Positions 58,940-64,000 of a stretch of DNA of 64,000 nt are shown here, piece after piece (position 1 is the stretch's first letter; each line of letters begins with the position of its first letter). Made by a program: the position numbers and the translations under genes. Under the pieces are notes generated by a model. That model was not told where the DNA came from, made no database searches, and saw only the letters and a list, made by a program, of their open reading frames with translations. The stretch is from an uncultured Acidobacteriota bacterium (lineage in GTDB: Bacteria; Acidobacteriota; Terriglobia; Terriglobales; Acidobacteriaceae): positions 3,307-67,306 of the forward strand of contig CAVVVU010000018.1 in NCBI GenBank assembly GCA_963751805.1. The letters run 5' to 3'.

Positions 58940-59809
58940 CTACTTGTCCTTGCCGTTGGTGCCGGCTGACACAGATTTGACTGACACGATCGTCTTCCCG
59001 AGCCGTTGAAGCGCAACCGCAAACGCATCTGAGAGCCGCGCCTTGGTTTGCACGTCGACGAGGTCGATGCCGAGATGAACGATCGTCTGGGCGATCGCCG
59101 GACGGATGCCGCTCAAGAGGCAATCAGCCCCCATGAGCCGGGCCGCGGTGATGGTTTTGATGAGATGTTGCGCGACCAGCGTATCCACGGTGGGGACACC
59201 GGTAATATCGATAATGGCAACCTGGCTATTGGTCTCGACGATCGCGGTAAGGAGAGATTCCATGACGACCTGAGTGCGTGCGCTGTCCAGAGTTCCGATC
59301 AATGGCAGAGCCAGGACGCCTTCCCAAAGCTTGACGACGGGCGTCGACAACTCCAGCATCTCCTCCTGCTGGCGGCTGATGGTGAGTTCTCGGAATGTAA
59401 TGGCCGTCTCAACCGTCAGCATGGCCAGCTTATCGAGCAAATCTCCCGCTAACCAAATCTCCTCTACCAAGCGGCCGGGATCAGACTTCAACGCGTCCTT
59501 CAACGCCAGGAAGATTGGCTGTTTGAGCGACAAAACGAACAAGGCGTTTTCGGTGGGGGTGAATCCTTGATCCATGCGAGACTTCGCGATGGATTTCAGA
59601 AATTCCCGTGTGGAGGAGAACGCTTCCGACCGGATATCCTGGCTGGCATGCGCTGCCTCGGCGAACAAACGAAGGAATTCGCCGGCCTGCTGCCTCATGT
59701 CGGCTTCACTCATGAGGTCGCTGCGCCGCGTGCTGGTAGACATTTCGCTCACCCAACCTGACAGGATCGAGCTCTTGCTGGCTTGGACAACTTGCTGAAA
59801 CTGACTCAT
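58940..59809 (-). CDS. rsbR: RsbR stressosome sensor (RsbRD-N-like + STAS)
   Basis: ELSTPVVKLW, LPLIGTLDSART, IDITGVPTVDTLVAQHL, SGIRPAIAQTIVHLG. Confidence 0.93.
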   Translation of the reverse strand: MSQFQQVVQASKSSILSGWVSEMSTSTRRSDLMSEADMRQQAGEFLRLFAEAAHASQDIRSEAFSSTREFLKSIAKSRMDQGFTPTENALFVLSLKQPIFLALKDALKSDPGRLVEEIWLAGDLLDKLAMLTVETAITFRELTISRQQEEMLELSTPVVKLWEGVLALPLIGTLDSARTQVVMESLLTAIVETNSQVAIIDITGVPTVDTLVAQHLIKTITAARLMGADCLLSGIRPAIAQTIVHLGIDLVDVQTKARLSDAFAVALQRLGKTIVSVKSVSAGTNGKDK

Positions 59810-60248
59810 GGAGGCCTCTCTACTATCGCTTCAATGAAAAAGTCTACAAGAAGACACTCGCCCTCCAAAGCCACGAAGGTGTCACGTCGGCCCATGGGTC
59901 GGGAAGATCCCTTGTGAAGCGGGACAGGACACCCATACAGGGCGGGAAAGACCGCCTTGCATGCCGCAGGGTGTTGGGCGAACTCGCTTGGCCAGCTAAC
60001 TAGCCATCCTAGAGGAAAAGTGGGGGCTCCCCACAGCCCAGCGCAGTCTCCCGTTCTCCGGGGCCTGCCGGAACCTTCAAGATGCACTTTGCTGAAGGTC
60101 CGCGCACCTCTCGCCTCCGGCAGTGCCTCTCTGATATCTTTATTGCATGCCTTTTGAACTGAAGTTCTGGGCGTAGAGATAGCCAAGCCCTCTTTTTAGT
60201 CTCAAGGCAAGATGAGTCCGTTCCGCTAATTGTCCTAAAGCTTTACGA

Positions 60249-60323
60249 GCGGGAGTAGTTCAGTGGCAGAACGTCAGCTTCCCAAGCTGAATGTCGCCGG
60301 TTCGATCCCGGTCTCCCGCTCCA
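60249..60323 (+). tRNA. tRNA-Gly (anticodon CCC)
   Basis: GCGGGAG/CTCCCGC acceptor stem, anticodon arm CAGC-TTCCCAA-GCTG, GGTTCGATCCC T-arm, encoded CCA end; 75 nt. Confidence 0.96.
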
Positions 60324-60377
60324 AATCCAGCGAATGCGATCCTCTTTGTCTCAAGCCCGAGATGAGTTTTCGAGATA

Positions 60378-60584
60378 CTAGCCAGCAGTCTTGCAGACAT
60401 GGTTCTCTTCTGCGTGGCGCAGTTCAGATCGCCTTTTGCGCATGACGACGGTTTCGCCGCACCTTGCGCAAACTGAGTGGAAGTAACCGTCAGGTCGTTC
60501 TTGATGGAAAAATTTTCCTGTTCCAGGATCGGGCGCACCATCCTGCCCGTCGTACGATTCCCCGGACCTGATCGTTGCCGTCAC
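60378..60584 (-). CDS. Small putative metal-binding protein (H..DG..S.CxxC...HxC)
   Basis: FFHQERPDGYFHSVCARCGETVV...ELRHAEENHVC; start codon uncertain (GTG 60584 assumed). Confidence 0.55.
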   Translation of the reverse strand: MTATIRSGESYDGQDGAPDPGTGKFFHQERPDGYFHSVCARCGETVVMRKRRSELRHAEENHVCKTAG

Positions 60585-60738
60585 ACTATGTTGATCGGAT
60601 TTGCGGCATTCTTCCCTTTTTGCTTGTTTGCATGTCGTAGCCGGACTTCGGCCTGGATTCAAAGGACCCATGATCGTGCTTCAGCACTCCCGCTGCTTGC
60701 AGAGCCGGCAGCCAAGTCCTGAAACGAGCGTGGGGCTC

Positions 60739-61302
60739 CTATTCGCTGGGCAGACTGTCCTTGATCACCTGGGCGACCTCGTCAATCGAGGTTTGTTGGC
60801 TAAGTTGATTAATTTCTTCATTTGAGGCGACCTTGTGAAGGCCAACGCGTGCAGCAATCTGTTGGTCGATGCCCAGCACGGCGGTAATCTCGCGCTCGGT
60901 CAGCAAAAGAATTTGCAGCATCAGGTGCTCACGTTCCTCAGAGCGCCGACTCATGCGCGTCTGACGCATGAGGATGAATGCCGCCACCAAGATTGCTTCG
61001 AATGTGAAAAGGAAGCTGAGAAGTGGGAAGGGAAAGGGATCGAAATGCTTGGCCGCCACCGGCGGCGACGTGTTCCACAAAATCCATCCAGTAAACAGCA
61101 GCACATGCGCGGCGACATAGCTCAGGCTTCCAATCAAGCTCGCCATCTTGTCACCAATTTTTTCAGACTGGGTGCGCTTGGCTAAAAAGTCCTGTTCATG
61201 CTTGGCGATGAGATCAATATGCTCCTGCACATGACCATGAGGTCCACTCAAGTCGGAATCGACAGCGTTCGGTTCTGTCCTCGAAGAATTGCTCTCCGCC
61301 AC
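60739..61302 (-). CDS. DUF1003 membrane protein
   Basis: WILWN...FDPFPFPLL...EAILVAAFILMRQ. Confidence 0.85.
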   Translation of the reverse strand: MAESNSSRTEPNAVDSDLSGPHGHVQEHIDLIAKHEQDFLAKRTQSEKIGDKMASLIGSLSYVAAHVLLFTGWILWNTSPPVAAKHFDPFPFPLLSFLFTFEAILVAAFILMRQTRMSRRSEEREHLMLQILLLTEREITAVLGIDQQIAARVGLHKVASNEEINQLSQQTSIDEVAQVIKDSLPSE

Positions 61303-61425
61303 AAGGGATCTCCTGTTTCGTGTCTGAATGAATGCTGACAGCCATAAGACGGCTCAGCACAGCATTCCGATGCTTCAATGTCGAACTTCCCAGCGTAGTC
61401 GGGTCGCTTACACCATGGCGGCGCC

Positions 61426-62952
61426 TCAATCGGGCAAGGCTGTTGCAGATGACCTCTCCAGAGGCAGCCTGAAGCAGGCGCAACATCCGTGGGAATCAGT
61501 CCGATTCTCCAGTTGAACTGAACCAGAATGGGCAATTGCGATCTGTTGCGCGAGCACCAGCCCGATCCCAGTGCCCCCTGGCTTGGTCGTATAGAAGGGA
61601 ACAAACACGTTGCTGGCATTTGTCAGTCCGGGACCATTGTCCACGATGTTGATCAAGGCCTCTCCACGCGCCGCTTCCCAAGTGATTTCGACGGCGGGAT
61701 TGGTTTGCGATCCTGAGAGGGGATTTACAGCCTGACCCGCCCCTGGAGAAGTTGGACGAACGTCAGGACTCAGGGAGGCTTCTACAGCGTTGCGCACCAG
61801 GTTGATCAGCGCTTGTGCAAGTTGATCGGCGTCGGCATGAACCACAATGTCCTGGTCGCCCCTCACCGCGACCTGAAGCCGCGTCTCCAATTTTGCTACC
61901 CGCCGGACGATGGCTGCGACGGATACGAGGGAAAGCTTGGGAGCCGGAAGTCCCATCAATTCGCGATACGCCTGCAGAAATCGATTCAGCGATTCCGCTC
62001 GATCCTCAATCACCTCGAGGCCGCGGGCAAAGTCCTCGTCGCCTTCGAAGTCGTTCGCGAAGTGTCGAAGCTGGCTTCGCAGACTGCCCGCAATCGACTT
62101 GATCGGAGTCAGCGAATTGTTGATCTCATGACCCAGAACGCGAATCAACCGTTCCCACGCCAAGCGCTCTTCTTCCCGCAACGCTTCGCTGACGTCGGAT
62201 AAGACGAAGAGCGTGTGAGGTACGCCCCGCAGCCGAAAACGCGTGCGCTTAACGACCCACCGCGCCGTTTGCGGGGCGTTTGCAAGGGAGAGCAGATCAT
62301 TGTCTTCTGCCTGCAAGAGCCTCTCGAGGTCAGCCCTGGCAGCGTCCGCCCGCTTGCTGTCTCGATTCACTGGGGTGGAAAGCGGCGTGCCACTGTTGCC
62401 CAGGTTGAACGCGCGTTCAGCAGCGCTGTTCAACAGCTTCAAACGCCCCTCGGGATCAAACGCCAGCACGGGTGACTGCATCGATTTCATGACACGTTCA
62501 ACCAGCGCCATGGCCTCCATCGCGCCCACGCGCTGCACCTGCAACATGCCTGCGAGCGCATTGATTTCAAGCGCAAGATCTCCCATGGCATCGTTCCGGC
62601 GACCGCCCCTGGCACGAAAGGAATAGTCGTCTTCGCGCAAAGCAGCAACGACATTCGCGAGGGTTTGTAGGGGCCGAATGATCTGCTCCAGAATCAGCGA
62701 TACGAGAAACAGCCAGGTCAGGATGAGAGCCGGCAACGCGATCCATTGCACTGAGAGGTCGACACGGAATTGATGGAGTTCCAGGCCGACCAGCGAGATC
62801 ACCGGCAATCCCATCAGATACAACCAGAGTCTTAGGCGGCGCTCGAAGCTGAGTCGCTGACGCGAGCGATGGAGGGGCAATCGCTTGAGCTCAGAAATCT
62901 GGACCGGAAAGTCCTCGTCAAGGGGCTCGCCTAGAGTATCTTTGCTGGCCAT
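61426..62952 (-). CDS. Membrane sensor histidine kinase (NtrY-like; HAMP, PAS)
   Basis: Two TM helices, AWERLIRVLGHEINNSLTPI, NLVRNA, DNGPGL, FVPFYTTKPGGTGIGL. Confidence 0.92.
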   Translation of the reverse strand: MASKDTLGEPLDEDFPVQISELKRLPLHRSRQRLSFERRLRLWLYLMGLPVISLVGLELHQFRVDLSVQWIALPALILTWLFLVSLILEQIIRPLQTLANVVAALREDDYSFRARGGRRNDAMGDLALEINALAGMLQVQRVGAMEAMALVERVMKSMQSPVLAFDPEGRLKLLNSAAERAFNLGNSGTPLSTPVNRDSKRADAARADLERLLQAEDNDLLSLANAPQTARWVVKRTRFRLRGVPHTLFVLSDVSEALREEERLAWERLIRVLGHEINNSLTPIKSIAGSLRSQLRHFANDFEGDEDFARGLEVIEDRAESLNRFLQAYRELMGLPAPKLSLVSVAAIVRRVAKLETRLQVAVRGDQDIVVHADADQLAQALINLVRNAVEASLSPDVRPTSPGAGQAVNPLSGSQTNPAVEITWEAARGEALINIVDNGPGLTNASNVFVPFYTTKPGGTGIGLVLAQQIAIAHSGSVQLENRTDSHGCCACFRLPLERSSATALPD

Positions 62953-62958
62953 GTCTGT

Positions 62959-64000
62959 TCACAGCCCGTATTTTTCGATGCGCCGGTAAAGAGCTCCCCG
63001 GCTCAGGCCCAGTGCATCGGCTGCCTGGCTAACATTGCCGCCCGCGCGGGCAAGGGCCTTGCGGATGAGAATGGCTTCTACAGCTTCGAGGCTTAAGTCG
63101 TCCATTGTGTTCGGCGTGGCGGAACGTGGACGTGCAGGCCGAGGTCGGCGGTTTCGATATGCGGATCCGCGCGCCATCAGCACGGCGCGCTCGATGGTGT
63201 GGTCCAGTTCGCGGACATTGCCCGGCCACGCGTACTGCAACATCATCTGCAGGGCTGCGGGTTCGAGGCCCTGGATGGATCGGCGATAGCGAGTGGCATA
63301 GCTGGCGAGGAAGTGCCCGGCAAGCGCGGGGATGTCTTCGCGGCGGTCGCGCAGCGGGCGGCAGATGGATTTCAACCGTATTCAGCCGGAAGAGACAGGT
63401 CTTCGCGGAAGCGGCCGGCGGCACAATCTTGACGAAGATTGGCGTTGGTGGCGGAGAGCACGCGCACGTCGACGGATTGCGTTCGGGAGGAGCCGACGCG
63501 TTCCAGTTCTCCGGTCTCCAGAACGCGAAGAAGTTTGGCCTGCTGGCGAACAGGGATGTTGGCGATTTCGTCGAGGAAGAGTGGTGCCGCCGTTGGCGAG
63601 CTCGAAGCGGCCGATGCGGTCGGTGCGCGCGTCGGTGAAGGCGCCTTTGACGTGGCCGAAGAGTTCGCTCTCGAAGGTGCCTTCGGGAAGCGCGCCGGTG
63701 TTGACGGCGACCAGCGTGCGGTCGGCGCGCGCGAGGAGAGGCGGTGCAGGGTTTGCGCGACCACTTCTTTGCCGGTGCCATGCTCGCCGGTGATGAGCAC
63801 GTTCGCGTCGGAGGGGCCGACGCGCGCCATGAGTCTCGAGCACCGGGCGCATGGACGGCGCGGAGGCGATAAAGTCGGGAGCGCCCGGCGCGCGCAGGAT
63901 GCGGTTTTCGGCCTCGAGCCACTGGGTGCGCTTGCTGGCTGCGGTGGAGCTCAATCTGCGTCTTGCAGGACGCTGAGGCAGCCGGGCGTTTTCCCAGGGT
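62959..64000 (-). CDS. Sigma-54-dependent response regulator, 5' end outside window, frameshifted
   Basis: [39 protein letters not shown] and Fis HTH distributed over several frames. Confidence 0.88.

Larger units (their letters stand above)
51907..59809 (-). other. Stressosome (RsbRST) signalling cluster with kinase and sigma-54 output
   Basis: Six overlapping or abutting genes rsbR to REC-PAS-HK, then a co-oriented NtrC-family gene after a ~275 bp gap. Confidence 0.88.

Noticed and set aside
60249-60323. tRNA-Gly as an integration site with attL/attR
   Set aside because: No integrase and no duplicated tRNA 3' end found by eye; the accessory block lies mostly on the tRNA's 5' side.
1-64000. 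CRISPR arrays, cas genes, transposases, prophage genes, rRNA
   Set aside because: No regularly spaced repeats or matching protein or RNA motifs were seen.

Overview
The gene repertoire (CRTAC1/ASPIC protein, large GH13, orphan secretin, UpxY-type antiterminator, small CxxC/HxC protein, REP-like palindrome) suggests an Acidobacteriota genome; this is inferred, not searched. The left ~21 kb is high-GC with a G-rich + strand and many frameshifts that look like assembly errors. It holds a phosphotransferase-pnuC-AlkA-like operon, vapBC, a deoxyhypusine-synthase-like gene, a YeiH/PSE transporter operon, GH13, CRTAC1, a secretin, cusBA and a LolA-like gene. About 22-61 kb is lower-GC and frameshift-free. 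It carries a Wzx/Wzy exopolysaccharide locus led by LuxR-type, PilZ and UpxY regulators, with tailoring oxidoreductases, two beta-helix paralogues, a myo-inositol oxygenase and a 1316-aa secreted GH-A/lectin protein. It then carries an RsbRST stressosome operon ending in two kinases and a sigma-54 activator, followed by tRNA-Gly(CCC). The best novel candidate is an unannotated, apparently leaderless poly-cysteine ORF (MRNGFTSGMCCCCCCGDGVCARVAER, 5410-5490) with competing antiterminator/terminator hairpins ahead of a 40-aa membrane peptide and yeiH, i.e. a putative cysteine-sensing transcriptional attenuator.
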